The notes under the pieces were generated by a model. That model worked only from the letters and a program-made list of their open reading frames with translations, was not told where the DNA came from and did not search any database. From Octopus sinensis (taxonomy: Eukaryota): a stretch of 64,000 bases of DNA. Both the position numbers and the translations under genes were made by a program. This document shows positions 50,912 through 64,000 of the stretch, in pieces. The DNA is taken from positions 5,208,001 through 5,272,000 of the forward strand of contig NC_043024.1 in assembly GCF_006345805.1 (NCBI RefSeq), written 5' to 3'. The number at the start of each line of letters is the position of its first letter. Positions within the stretch are counted from its first letter, which is position 1.

Positions 50912-51024
50912 ATCTCTGAAGAGGCCGTAAGATATTCTTGTTAATGTCTCATTTATACCTGCATTATATGGCTAATAGGTTAAATGAGACATACCTGTCT
51001 TCATGGCCGAAACAGCTGTCAGGT
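50912..51024 (+). ncRNA. Type I hammerhead ribozyme with extended stem II
   Basis: ATCT-CTGAAGA-GGCC(78-nt insert with ATGTCTCATTTA/TAAATGAGACAT hairpin)GGCC-GAAAC-AGCT-GTC-AGGT. Confidence 0.82.
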
Positions 51025-51174
51025 ACAACGTAAATGTATTTCTATGTCTTGTTATATTTGTACTATATTAATGTATAATATCATTGCTATTGTGTAGTGT
51101 TTTAATAAAGTATTGATTCGGTATTATCTGATAGTTGATGATTGATTTAGATATATTTCTCCATTTTCTCATTT

Positions 51175-51203
<29 letters not shown>

Positions 51204-51205
<2 letters not shown>

Positions 51206-51578
51206 GAGTGACTGTGTGGTAAGTAGCTTGCTAACCAACCACATGGTTCCGGGTTCAGTCCCACTGTGTGGCATCTTCGGCAAGTGTCTTCTGCTATAGC
51301 CCTGGGCCGACCAATCCCTTGTGAGTGGATTTGGCAGACGGAAACTAAAAGAAGCCTGTCGTATATATGTATGTGTGTGTGTGTTGTCCCCCTAGCATTG
51401 CTTGACAACCGATGCTGGTGTGTTTACGTCCCCGTCAATTAGCGGTTCGGCAAACGTGACCGATAGAATAAGTACTGGGCTTACAAAGAATAAGTCCCGG
51501 ATTCGATTTGCTCGACTAAAGGCGGTGCTCCAGCATGGCTGCAGTCAAATGACTGAAACAAGTAAAAGAATAAAAGAG
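51204..51578 (+). mobile_element. Full-length SINE-I
   Basis: Head to tail match with the other copies. Confidence 0.92.
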
Positions 51579-51977
51579 TATATATATATATATATATATA
51601 TATGAATATGTGAATTATTAAAAATTTCCATTTGTGCAGCCAAATAGAAAAGATTCGGCAAGATTGGTAATAATGACAATAATAATAATTTATGAGACGG
51701 AATTATCAAAGAAACATCTTTCACAAAATCCCAAATCTATAAAGTAGAGCCGCAATTCTTTGAAGACGGGAGTTAGTTCCCTTGAACTTTCATCTGCGTT
51801 TTGAGAAATTTGCTGCCTTTTGTTGAGAGAGTTCGATTTTTTGCTCATCGTTGTTTGTGTTAATTGTTAATTGAACAGTGCCCGTTGTGTAACGGTAATT
51901 TTAGCCCTACGGGGCAGAAAATTCTCTGTTTAAAATTGTTATTACCTTCGAGGTAATTTTTGAAACATTTTTGAGAA

Positions 51978-53414
51978 ATGGATTTCGACTTGGCGTCGAA
52001 GAATGATTTTCCCGCGATGGGAACAAGTGAATTAAAGGACACTGAAGTAACAAAACAGTCTTTTTCGGCCGCGGTAGGCGGAACCATGATGGACGTTGAA
52101 TTCAAGATCGAACAACTATTCGAATTTAGGAACTTTGTAAAAATGGAAGGAAACGAAATCAAACTTGTACCGCCGCAAGCGAAGGTACAAGAAATAAAGG
52201 AAAAAACAGTTATATACAAAGTGTATAGCTACAAAGAAAAAAAAATTATGGACGTTAGAAACGAGATAGTCGAAAAGTGCTTGTCCCCGGTGTGGGACAG
52301 GGTTCGCCATGTCGTTCGAGGTGCTCGCGGCGCTGCTGTTGAAGCACATTTTGACTCGGCTGAGGTGGCAGGAGAGGTGTCGTCAGTGACCCTGAAGAGT
52401 GATGATATCATGTTGCTGCCCTCGTGTATGGGAGAGGGAACGGCTGAGCTGCTGGTGGAGGACATGCCGAGAGGGTGTGACATAGTGTGGGTAGCAGCGG
52501 CGGTCCTGCACAATGTAGAGCGGGAGGTTTCGATTCTGCAGATGAGAGGGAGGGAGGAAGTGCGCTGGAGGGGACAGACGCTGGAACTCCTCGTTCAGGC
52601 AGAAAACAAGATATTGGAGAACCTGCCCGATAGGATATTTAATGAGGATGGAACGTCCATGAGAGTGTCAGTGGAGGGGCGCAGACCTAGATGCTTTAAA
52701 TGCGGCGAGAAGGGTCACGTCCGCTCGAACTGCTTAAAAAAAAAGAAAACCAACGAAGCCCCTCCTCAAAGTGCTTCAAACACTGAAGGGGAGAAGGCGG
52801 AAAAAGAAAACAAGACGACGACAAGCAAAGAAACAGAAACGGAGGATTGTATCGAACAAATGGATTACACACAGGTGACACACAAAAGAAAAAAAGACAA
52901 CACCCTGGACTCCCCTCCCCAAACAAGGAAAAAATCAGCCAGCACCGCAGACATACATACAAAGCAAATTCCCCAGCCCTACCCCCACGGCACTGTATTC
53001 ATTGGAAAACAGTTCGCCAAGCCCCTCCCCATAAAACAAGATGTGAAAAAGTCTTTAAAAAAAAATGATAAGATCATAGCATTTGATGAAAAAAACGAGA
53101 GGGTATATAAATACTTTAAATTTTCCAAATTTAAACTATTTAGCAAGGCTACAGAAATAAAAGCAACCACTCGCTTCGCAAAAATAAAGGAAGACGAGTG
53201 GAAGGAGGAAATACTACAAGAACATCTAAAGAATAGACTGATAAGAGACGTAACAAAGGAAGTACTGGAGGGCAAACTTGTTATAACCCCGGCAACCACA
53301 CCTACCCAGAGCCCGGTGGCAACGCCGGTTAAGAGCCCTGCAGCTACGACCACAAGGGAGGAAGAAGGGGAAGCGGGCAGATTTAAACTGTCATGCTCCC
53401 TTTCTCAACCGTAA
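51978..53414 (+). CDS. Tx1-like ORF1 (478 aa, open), CCHC zinc knuckle
   Basis: RRPRCFKCGEKGHVRSNC; lies directly upstream of ORF2. Confidence 0.85.
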   Translation: MDFDLASKNDFPAMGTSELKDTEVTKQSFSAAVGGTMMDVEFKIEQLFEFRNFVKMEGNEIKLVPPQAKVQEIKEKTVIYKVYSYKEKKIMDVRNEIVEKCLSPVWDRVRHVVRGARGAAVEAHFDSAEVAGEVSSVTLKSDDIMLLPSCMGEGTAELLVEDMPRGCDIVWVAAAVLHNVEREVSILQMRGREEVRWRGQTLELLVQAENKILENLPDRIFNEDGTSMRVSVEGRRPRCFKCGEKGHVRSNCLKKKKTNEAPPQSASNTEGEKAEKENKTTTSKETETEDCIEQMDYTQVTHKRKKDNTLDSPPQTRKKSASTADIHTKQIPQPYPHGTVFIGKQFAKPLPIKQDVKKSLKKNDKIIAFDEKNERVYKYFKFSKFKLFSKATEIKATTRFAKIKEDEWKEEILQEHLKNRLIRDVTKEVLEGKLVITPATTPTQSPVATPVKSPAATTTREEEGEAGRFKLSCSLSQP

Positions 53415-53441
53415 GTTCATTTATTTTTTCTCTCACCGACA

Positions 53442-56400
53442 ATGGCTAAGCTAGGTTGTGTGAATGTACGTGGAATGGGGTCGAAATGGAAACAATTTTG
53501 TTTCCTGAACGACCTCACGACACATGGAGTGGACATAGCTATTGCAACCGAGTCCAAGATGAACGAGGCCCAAGCGTTCTCGCCTCTTCTAAATGGGTTC
53601 GAGAAATTTATTTCTCCTAGCCGAGGAAGAGGCAGAGGCGTGGCAGTCCTTATCAGGAAGAGCTTGGACTTGCAGGTAAGTACTGTCTTTCTGGACCCAG
53701 AAGGCAGGCTGGTTGTTCTGGATGTGACCCACGTAAGTAAACAGTCCTTCAGGTTGGTAGCTGTCTACGCTCCGAATGAGTGTAGACAGACGGGTTTTTT
53801 TCGGAACCTGGAGCCTTTTTAGCGACGTCGAAAACGGTAGTCTTAGTAGGGGACTTTAACACTGTCCTTGAAGCGCGGGTCGACAGTGTTGGCTCAACCA
53901 ATAGGAAGGGGAACCCTAGCCTCAAGGGTCTACTAGAGAATTTGATCTAGTGGACCGTTACCGACTGGATGAGCCGAGCGTTCCACAGTGGACGTGGAGT
54001 AACAACGACGGCTCACACAGATCGTATTTAGATAGGATATTTATTAAGAAAAGAGATAAGGATACGTTTAGTTGTCCACAGTTTCACATTGTACCTTACA
54101 CGGATCACAAATTTGTGACGTGTAGGATGCAATTAGATAAGTGTCATAGACAGGGACCCGGGTACTGGAAGCTGAAGAAGGCTATTTTGAATTGTGAAGA
54201 CTTCCGTACCCGGATTAAGGTGTTAGTACAGAGGGCATTGTGTGGCACCATCATTAACAATAGATGGTGGCACTCCCTCAAAAGAGCCATTCGTTCAGAG
54301 TCCATTAGAATTAGCAATCAGCTAAGGTTAGATAGGTCTAGGATAGAGGACGATTTAGTTAAGAATCTAAACGAGGCAATGGAAGCTGGCTCTGCATCCG
54401 GAGTGATGGCGGCAAGGACGGTATTGTACCGTCACCTTAACTCCAAACACGAAGGTTGCAGAGTCAGAGCTAAGCTACGCGCTGGGAAACGAGAAGGTAT
54501 TAACGTTGCCGGATGGGCCCGTCGAGTGGAGAGTCAGAGAGGTAACAAAGCCTCAATCAAGTCTTTAACTGACGAACAGGGACCAAAGTTCTATGGACAG
54601 GAGGAGATGCAAAAGTTTCTTCACCAGCATTTCACCCGCGTGTTCGGGGGTGGTGTGGCGCCGGAGCGGGGGAGGACCTTAAAGGACTTCCTAGCCGGCG
54701 GACCGCGGCTCTCGGGGCGTGAGGTGGAGTGCTGTGAAGAAGCGATCACTCCCGCGGAAATAGAGGGGATACTGGCCGGATGCGCCGGGGAGAAGTCGCC
54801 GGGGTTGGATGGTCTGCCCTACGAGTTTTACCAAAGTATGCCGGACTTGTTCGGGGGAATATTGGCAGGCGTCTACACGAACTGGCAGCAGAATGGGAGA
54901 ATTCCCAGTTCTGTAAGCCGGGGAGTGGTGACGCTAATCCAGAAAAACCCGAGCAAGGGGAATAACATTAGTAACTACAGGCCCATAACTCTACTTAACG
55001 TAGAGTTAAAGATTTTGGCCAAGGTGTTGGCAAAAAGGTTGACGGTTGTCGTGGAGAAACTTGTAGGGAGAGCACAGACATGTGCAATTCCAGGCAGGTC
55101 GATCCAGGACAATCTTCACCTTATACGCTACACCTTAGATAGGGTGGGTAAATTAACCGGCAAGGGCGGGGTAATGGTCCATTTAGACCAAAGTAAAGCG
55201 TTCGATAGGGTAGACCATGAGTACCTGGCGACGGTCCTCGAAGCGGCTGGACTGGGCCCTGAATTTCGCGGGTGGATCTCCGCTATGTATAGCGGCATCA
55301 AGTCCACCGTCCAGATAAACGGTTACCTAACGGAACCGTTTTCGATCGAATGTTCAGTTCGTCAAGGGTGCCACTTGTCACCACTTTTGTACGTGTTGGC
55401 TCTTGAGCCATTGCTGCGAAAGTTGGAGAGGCTGGGAAGTAACTCGGATGAGATCGGAGGTGGGATGACGGTTACTGCTTATGCGGATGACGTCACCCTC
55501 ATCGTGTCCAATGAGGCCCAGCTACCTTGTGTGGAAGAGGCTATCAGAGGATACGAGGCGGTGGCAGGAGCAAAGGTTAACAAGGACAAGTCGGTTGGCT
55601 TGCGCCTCGGCACCTGGAGGAGCAAGTCGATATCGTCCAGTGTCGTGGGACACTGGACGGATGGCCCTGTTAAGTTGCTAGGAGTTTGGTTTGGGCCAGA
55701 CTCCCAAACGGAGAGGAACTGGAGTGAGGTGACGAGCAAGGTGGAGGCCATAGTACGGACCTGGTCCGGAAGGTTTCTGTCCTTGAAAGGAAGGGTGGAG
55801 GTGGTACAGATGTTCATTGCATCTGTAATCACTTACCGCCTGACCGTTGTCCCTTGCCCCGATTCATGGCTTAGCAAGTTGGAGCGAATCCTTTTCCGCT
55901 TTTTGTGAAGGGAGAAAGCCACTTGTGAGGCGCTCCGTTTGCTGCCAGGAACCGTTAAAGGGTGGGTTAGGAATGCCTTGGTTGATGATGCGCAGACATG
56001 CGTTGAGGCTGAAGCATCTCTGGCACCACCTGGAGGGTGATAAGGTGTGGAGTCCGCTGGCAGGGGAATTTTTCCCGAGACCGGCCTCCTTAGTGAATTT
56101 TAAACCCGGTCGCATCAAAAGATGGAAACTGACTTTATGGCAAAAGGAGTGCCGACAAGCACTCACGCTGATCCACAAGGCGGGCAAGGGCGGCTGCGGA
56201 AATACCACCTCGGTATTTTATAGAAGGCTGGTAGAGGCAAAGAACGACGACGTCCTAGGAGGGTTCTGGGGTTTGACGAAGACCAGCTTACCAACCTGTT
56301 TAAAAAGACTTTCAGGACGGGGTATTTGGATAATTTCCAAAGATCCCTGGCCTGGCAGTGCTATAGGAATGCTTTACCTGTTCGCGAGAAGTTATCGCGG

Positions 56401-56664
56401 CACGGAATTTCAGTGCCACCGACGTGTCCAAGGTGCGAGTTGGACGATGAAACCGTCCAGCACGCTTTTGTACACTGTCGGAAGCGAACAAGAATGGAAG
56501 GAGTCGCGATAGGATCCTTTGTCTCGGGCCCCGGCTTGCTCACTTACTTCAGATATCATCTGAAGAGCAAAATGGGGCTGGAAAAGAGGATCTTACCACG
56601 GGGTGTGTATGAGAAAAGATGGAAGGAAGTGGAAAAAAAGGTGGGTGTCAGAAACCCAGCTTAA
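53442..56664 (+). pseudogene. Tx1-like ORF2 (APE + RT + CCHC), several frameshifts and a 3' deletion
   Basis: ORFs 53442-53822, 53950-55908, 55847-56512 and 56326-56664 are collinear with LINE no.1 ORF2; several breaks are 1-bp homopolymer indels. Confidence 0.92.
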
Positions 56665-57925
56665 CTATGGATGGAGGAGAGGAAAGAAAAGCCGCGGGGC
56701 CTTATAGGTTGCCGGGGTTTAAAACATCGGTAACGATCGCAAGTTTATGTAATGTTATAATATTCTATTGGTCATGTAAAGGACAATTTACAGACGAATT
56801 TTTATAATGAATAATCCAAATGTTATGGAAATTTTTTAATCGAACCGCTTAACTGTTTTTTGCATGCATGTCTTGTATTTGTCCTTCTATGTAACGATTG
56901 TATAATCATAATAAAGAAATATGGAGTTAGCTCCCGTTGTTCATCGTCAAAACTCTTCCTCATAAAGTGTATTTCTTGTTCCTCTCGCACCTTGATTGTT
57001 TGATCAGTTCCACTTGATAACTGATATTTAAGAGAAAATCCAATCAAATATATACAAATGATTTGTAATTAACTGTCTAAAGAAACAAATACAGCATTTA
57101 CGATTATGTGGACCTGAAAAATATTAATAACGTTTGTTGTAGAAACCTAGAAATTCTCTTGAAGCTGTCGTTGTCCACTCTGACTCCAGTTCTCACATCT
57201 TCCTCGTTCTCTCTTTCTCTCCATATCTATTACTATGTAAGTATTTATTTAAACATTTCTATTATATATGTGTCGTATTATGTACATTTATTTGTTTCGA
57301 TGTGTTGAGAAAGTTAAAAGAAAAAAAATCTCACTCAGACGAAATTATACGAAAGGCTGTAATTTTAATACTTTCATTGTGTTGTCGTTTTCTTTTAGAC
57401 ATTTCATTGCACTTTTGGTTATTTTCTAAATAATTGTAAAAACGTCGGATCAATCCCGTGTTTAGATAACATTTATCTTTCTTTCTAACGTGTAAATTCG
57501 ACGATTTCGTTAAATGCGAGAAAATTACGATGTAATTAGTATGAAATGGGGAATGTATAAAAATACGAGTGTGCACTTGAAATACTGAAACGAAAAGTAA
57601 ATATCGTAACGAGAGGAAATGGAACGGCTTTTATTTGAAACGTAGGAAGTCTTTATTTCTGGTGGTTCTTCTGCATCATTAAAAGTTAGAATTAATATTT
57701 AGGGTTTGTTTTGTTTTTTCCGGAATTTTCAGAAAATTTTTGCAAATACATTTTCTACACACGAGAATTCAACAAAGAAGCAAAAACTGTGTGCTTTAAG
57801 AGCTATTTAGCTATTTAGAGCTATTTAGTTATTTTTCGCACATCTCACGACCAGCTGATACCTCCCTAGTTTCTTTGTCACTCTGATGTGCTGACGTTTT
57901 TCAGTATTTTTCTCCATATAAAACC

Positions 57926-58096
57926 GGCGAGCTGGTAGAATCGTTAGCACGTGAGTTCAAATTCCGTCGAGGTCGACTTTGCCTTTCATCCTTCGAGGTC
58001 GATAACTTTAGTACCAGTTGCGTAATGGGGTCTGTCTAATCCACTGGGCCCCCTCTCCCAAATTTTCTGGCCTTGTGCCTAGAGTAGAAAAGATAT
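57926..58096 (+). mobile_element. SINE-II, tail type B
   Basis: Core followed by CCCCCTCTCCCAAATTTTCTGGCCTTGTGCCTAGAGTAGAAAAGA. Confidence 0.85.
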
Positions 58097-59543
58097 CCTT
58101 CTCCACATAAACACATTGAATGTGCCGTCGTTGGGATTTAAGTAAACAAAGTTCTAGAGTGGCAATTTTTTAAAAAATGGGAAAAATTGAAAAAACAATT
58201 TTTTTCATAATGTAGATCACAAATTTGGAAAAATTTTCCGAAAATTCCACAGAAAAATGGTAAAAAAATTTTAAGGAGCTATATAATGTTTAAAGCAGAA
58301 TTGCAACATTTTAAAAATGTTATTTTCAATTAATTATGCAAGTTATCCTTTTCTTTCTTCGTAATGCGTATATATTTAATATGAATGTATTTTTCACTCA
58401 TCCAGATAAACAATATTTCGTTTTGAAGCAACAAGGAAGAGAAACATTAATTATAACGTGTAAGAATTTATAATTAAAAGAAAAAAACAAGAATGGTTAA
58501 ATTTTAAAACTATGTGCATGACAATGAAAAGAAATTATAGTTTTTCGGTAAAATAAGGATAGACTTCATTGAAACTTCTGCTATTTGCCCCATGGAGAAG
58601 GATTGTCACCAATTTCATCAACCAACAATTTTTCTTAACATCAAAAATTCCCCACAAAAGATTTTGATGCTGCAAGTCAGACATCAATATTATTTACTGA
58701 CTTTTATGCATCTTTTATGCTCAACAAAATGTTAACATTAAGCTAACCACATATATATATTTGTATATTTATGCATATTCAGAAAGAGGCAGAGGAGGAG
58801 TGATATCTATGTTATAAAACAAACCTGTGTTGATACAATAGAACACTGAGGTGAAAACATCAGATATCTACTGTCATTGACATGTATATCGGTGTGTGTG
58901 TCTAGGACAGACGCAATGTCCAGGAGGTGTTATTACAATGGATGTGTCTATGATATAAACCTCTTGAAAACAGAAAGATGGGATAAATTTAATAGTTCAG
59001 ATAAAGGATTGCTTCTACAATTTATGGAAACAGAAATGTCGTAAATTTGCACTTTTGAATATCTGCCTTTTAAACATGCGTGATGTCTTATATTATTTTT
59101 TCTATTCTTTCAGAAAAATCATATGAAATTGGCTAAAAAGTATTTTTTACTTTTAAAGAATCATCATTATGTATCATGTTTGAAAGACTCTGCAAAGATA
59201 TTCTACAAACATATAATTCTTCTTCTATAAAACATTGCTGAATTACAGTAAAATATTTCCTCTGAGAGAGAAAGCATTTCTTTACTTCTGTGTCTGAAAT
59301 GTGGAATAGATAATTTTCTCTTTTAAATATACTTTGATAGATTTCCAAAGAGTATTTGCAGCATTTTAAAATATTGGCATTGATCACGTTTAGAAGAAAT
59401 ATAAGAGAAGTGATATTTGTTTGGAATAAATTATAAAAGCAAAAAGAAGCAAAATATCCATATATTTTGGTGAGAGGAGAAATATTTTTCAAAAGTTGTT
59501 GATCTGTACAACTTGAAGGATTGATAATATTTTTCTTGAAGAG

Positions 59544-60413
59544 ATGTCGGAAGAATTAGGAAAATCATCATATGACTGTGACATCTGCAAAGAGTCATTC
59601 TTAGAAAAAAGTAAATTCAATCAACACAAACAATTTCATGCAGGGGAACAACCATATCCCTGTGATATTTGTGGTAAACCATTCCCTCGAAGTGATAGCT
59701 TAACCAGACACAAGCGTATTCATACATGTGAGAAACCATATCACTGTGATATCTGTGGTAAATCATTCTATCACAGTGGTAACTTAACTGCTCACAAACG
59801 GGTTCATACAGGAGAGAAGCCATATTCCTGTGATATCTGTGGTAAATCATTCTCTGTTAACAGTAGCTTAACTATACATAAACGTACTCATACAGGGGAC
59901 AAACCCTATCACTGTGATATCTGTGGTAAATCATTCTCTGTTCACAGTAGCTTATTGAATCACAAATGGGTTCATGGAGGGGAGAAACCATATCACTGTG
60001 ATATCTGTGGTAAATCATTCTATCAAAGCAATAACTTAACTACTCACAAAAGGGTTCATACAGGAGAGAAGCCATATTCCTGTGATATCTGTGGTAAATC
60101 ACTCTCTGCTGGCAGTAGCTTAACTAAACACAAACGTATTCATACAGGGGAAAAACCATATCAATGTGATATCTGTGGTAAATCATTCTCTCAAAGCAGC
60201 AGCTTAACCAATCACAAACGTGTTCATACAAGGGAGAAACCATATTCTTGTGATATCTGTGGTAAATCATTCTCTCAAAGCAGCAGCTTAACCAATCACA
60301 TACGTATCCATACAGGAGAGAGTCCGTATTCTTGTGTTATCTGTGGAAGATCATTCTCTGAAAGCAGCAGCTTAGCTAAACACAAGCGTGTTCATACAGG
60401 GGCGGAGCGATAA
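59544..60413 (+). CDS. ZNF-D: C2H2 zinc-finger protein, 10 fingers
   Basis: 289-aa ORF with TGEKPY linkers; putative acceptor TTCTTTCAG at 59113; further in-frame fingers after the stop. Confidence 0.9.
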   Translation: MSEELGKSSYDCDICKESFLEKSKFNQHKQFHAGEQPYPCDICGKPFPRSDSLTRHKRIHTCEKPYHCDICGKSFYHSGNLTAHKRVHTGEKPYSCDICGKSFSVNSSLTIHKRTHTGDKPYHCDICGKSFSVHSSLLNHKWVHGGEKPYHCDICGKSFYQSNNLTTHKRVHTGEKPYSCDICGKSLSAGSSLTKHKRIHTGEKPYQCDICGKSFSQSSSLTNHKRVHTREKPYSCDICGKSFSQSSSLTNHIRIHTGESPYSCVICGRSFSESSSLAKHKRVHTGAER

Positions 60414-60710
<297 letters not shown>

Positions 60711-62649
60711 TTTAAACAGAAGTCTTTCCTTATGAAGTGGGTCCATAACACAGTGATATTTGTTGTATAATATTTCCTCAGAAGGACAAAGGACGTATCT
60801 TATAAAGACATCCACAGAATATAGAAACTATATGAATGCGACATCTATGGTAAATCTTTGACATGAAATCATCCATTATTGAATCAAAAGAGCATTGACA
60901 GAGGAAGGAAAACCTATCACTGTGATGTTAAACCTGAATCATTCTTTCAAAATGGTGAATTGTTTGTACACAGTCCTATTAATATGAAAGATATAACTGT
61001 AACCTAAGCTATTTGTGCTAAATCAATCTATGAAAATGGATCAATTATTGAAATGTAAATGCATTCATACAGAAGAGGAACCACGATGATGATGATGATC
61101 CTCATCATTTAAAATTCTCCTATTCATGCTTCTGTGGATCAGATGGAATTCATTGATGGAGATTTTCTACATCTGGGTACCTTTCTTGTGACCAATACTC
61201 ACCTGTTTCCAAGCAAGGAAATATTTTCCCTGGTGAGGCATATATTACACAGAGGACTGGAAATGAACAACTGCACAAGTATGACGGTCACGATGGCCCT
61301 TTACGAACATCACATAATATCTGGACAAGGGCAAATACACAGACACATACACACACACTCACATAAACTATTGTATGTCTGAAGAATTTCTCATGGGAAA
61401 TATATGTTACATGTTTTCTACACATCTAAAAGTTTATAATTACTATTAGGAAATGAAACACATGTAATGCTGAATAAATAATATCAAACTTTTCTCCGGT
61501 CTCCTTACGTGATTCGTAATTACCTTGCAAAAAATATTATCCAAACCTCCCACAAAAATAATGTACGTGTATATATGTAATCAGAAGCTTGTTTGTTCAA
61601 CTGGTGTATTTATGTTAGTTAGAGTAGTGGGGTGAGGGGGAGGGAAAAGTAAAGGAAGGTGGTCTTATATTAATTCTGCTTGTCATTACGTTACTTAGGT
61701 TGTCGGTAACACTTTCATGTGGTTGGAGAGAAAGGATAAGGCCATGAGTGGGACGGGAAGAGAGAGAAGCGTGCATGACGTGATAGGGGGACATATTTAG
61801 TTGAAGGTTGTGATATAGAGGAGAGTTAGAAATATAATTTTAGAAGGTGGGTGGTGTCCTGATGGAGAGGTTAAAGAAAGATAGAGAGAGACAAATGATG
61901 GTGGTGGTTGTGATGGTGAATACAGAGTGAAAAGTAATATTTTTTTTTTACTTGAACTAAGTTTTTTTATAACACCTACAAATTGAAATGTGTATTGGCT
62001 CTCTGACCCATCACCTTGGCTTAGAAGTTACCACTGATGTGGTTTTCAAAGTAAGCCATGTTACATTAAATTCTGACCCCTATATTTTACATATAAGGTA
62101 ATTTTTTTAGTATACACTTCTCATGTTTTAGATAAGAAATTGTGCCCATGTAAATTTTAAAATGTAATTTTTTTCTGTTAATGAGGAAACTGGAAAAATA
62201 TGAGCGAATATTTATTTTATGATTGCTGTGTCTATAAAATTGTGCACAAAGTGTATTAAGTAATTACCGTATTCCAATTTCCTTCAGTTTTCAGTGAATA
62301 GCAGATGAGCGACTATCTTTTGATGCAGACACAATACAGGCTCCACTTTAGAGTGTTTTGGTTTCAGGAATAACCCAATACATTGCCTCACTAGACACCG
62401 AGGCCATGACTAGTGACCGGGACCATTTGTTTTTGGATAATGGATAAACAGCTAAAAGATTATATAAATATATATTTATAAAATTAAAGATTTAAATCTG
62501 TACAAGATGCAAAGCATAAAGAAAAGAATTCAATTAAGAATGCATCTGGTGAAAGAATATTGGTTTAAAAAACATACGACATAAAGATGATAACAATGAA
62601 GACTATAAGGAATATGAGGGAGATAGGGTGAATCCTTTCTTTTTGACAA

Positions 62650-63040
62650 TGGCTGGGCATTGTCTTGTTGGAAGACTAATGCTTTTCTGTTGGTAATCTC
62701 CAGCCGCAGTTCTTTGATATATTTTGGTTCAAATTAGCCAGTTAATGACAGAACACATCAGAATTAATGGTCTGGTTTTATGGGAGAAGGTCATAATAAA
62801 CAATGCCTTTATGATTCCACCAAACACAAAGCACAGGTTTGTTGCCATGGATATTCATCTTTGGTTGCTTGGGGGATATTTCTGCAAACTCCAGGATCAG
62901 TTTTGCACAACATTAAACATGCAATCTATTTTTCATCTCCCGTCACAAGTCGTTTCCAAAAAAGGGCATGCTTTCTTTCCATTTCAAAAGCATATCCCAA
63001 ACGGAATACTGGTCCCAGCAATTCTCTTCTGAGAGTTTCA
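62650..63040 (-). mobile_element. Degenerate mariner transposase fragment
   Basis: Minus-strand translation FWKRLVTGDEK*I...KGIVYYDLL...QTINSD...VFQQDNAQP. Confidence 0.75.
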
Positions 63041-63554
63041 AGCACCCATATATTAAAGCAAAGAGTAAGATAGAAAGAGGGACAGAGAAGCGTACATGAT
63101 ATGTGATAGGGGGAACATGATATTTATTACATGATTAAAAAAGTTAGCAATATAATTTTAGCAGAGTGGTGATGTTCTGATGGTGAGATTTGAGGCACAA
63201 AGAGAGAGAGAGATGATGGTTGTGGTAGAGGAAATGGTGATGGACAGTGCATAGTTAAAAGTAATTGGCCTTTTAATTGAACAAAGTTTTTTATATCACG
63301 TATTTGCAGAATCGTATGAATTAACCTGTAAAAAGTACAAAATCACAATAATTTGATATTTCACCCCCTTTTTTACATGAACAAAATGACAGCTTCCAAA
63401 TATTGTTTTCTAAATGGGTAAGAATGATCAAACTTTAAACCATAGTAACTTTAAAAAAAAATTTTTTTGTGGAAGAAGCAAATTAACTGATGGATCTCAG
63501 CATGGAAAATTATAGGGATACCTCAATTACTGAAATTTTCACTACACTCGAACA

Positions 63555-64000
63555 TTTCCACACGTGGCCGCAAAAAGGAAAAGATCTGATTGGGTTGATG
63601 ATAATAACAATCATAGTGATGGAGCCGAATATTGAAGAAATCTCTTTCACAAAATACCAAATCTATTAAAGTAGTGCCGCAATTCTTTAAAGACTGGAGT
63701 TAGTTGCCGTTGTTCATCATAAAAACTCTTCTTAATTAAGTGTATTTCTTGTTCTTGTTTCTCACGCACCTTGATTGTTTGATCAGTTCCACTTGACAGC
63801 TGATATTTAAGAGAAAATCCAATCAAATATATACAAATGATTGGTAATTAAGTGTCCAAAGAAACAAATACAGCATTTACGATTATGTGGACCTGAAAAA
63901 TATTAATTAACGTTTGTTATAGAAACCTAGAAATTCTCTTGAAGCTGTCGTTGTCCACTCTGACTCCAGTTCTCACATCTTCCTCCTTCACTCTTTCTCT
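63555..64000. repeat. Paralog of the flanks of LINE no.2 (51620-51781 joined to 56936-57225)
   Basis: Contiguous empty-site version; runs off the window end. Confidence 0.9.

Larger units (their letters stand above)
51782..56922 (+). mobile_element. Full-length L1/Tx1-clade LINE no.2
   Basis: 13-bp TSD GGAGTTAG(T/C)TCCC at 51769-51781 and 56923-56935; empty paralogous site at 63696-63708. Confidence 0.93.

Noticed and set aside
59133-59492. 119-aa minus-strand ORF upstream of ZNF-D
   Set aside because: AT-rich, no recognisable motif, antisense to the probable ZNF-D 5' exon region.
61740-63300. Diverged direct repeat 61760-61960 versus 63085-63290
   Set aside because: Old purine-rich interspersed repeat with no diagnostic ends; nothing further supportable.

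Overview
Repeat-dense, AT-rich animal genomic DNA. An octopus (coleoid cephalopod) origin is inferred from the CDICGKSFS-type C2H2 zinc-finger arrays and the SINE families; no database search was run. Host genes are a C2H2-ZNF cluster: ZNF-A (-, 11629-12633), frameshifted ZNF-B (-), ZNF-C (+, 18124-18783), ZNF-D (+, 59544-60413) and relic fingers. The region from about 5.7 to 23.4 kb is a decayed head-to-head palindrome centred near a long (TA)n tract. Mobile DNA includes one CR1/L2-group LINE, two full-length L1/Tx1-clade LINEs with target-site duplications (one inserted inside a SINE head), two tRNA-type SINE families, a deleted piggyBac, a hAT-type MITE, Helitron-like elements and mariner relics. 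A 27-bp minisatellite of about 160 units carries a 2-kb higher-order duplication. The most notable signals are (i) type I hammerhead ribozymes in five unrelated sequence contexts, including a 362-bp unit in tandem plus inverted, circularly permuted copies (retrozyme or Penelope pLTR-like); (ii) a local LINE/SINE network, with SINE-I sharing its tail with the CR1-type LINE, SINE-II sharing 26 identical nt with the Tx1-type LINE 3' end, and that LINE sitting in a SINE-I head; (iii) finger-array shuffling between ZNF paralogs. All alignments and folds were done by eye. Some 1-bp indels in homopolymers may be assembly errors.
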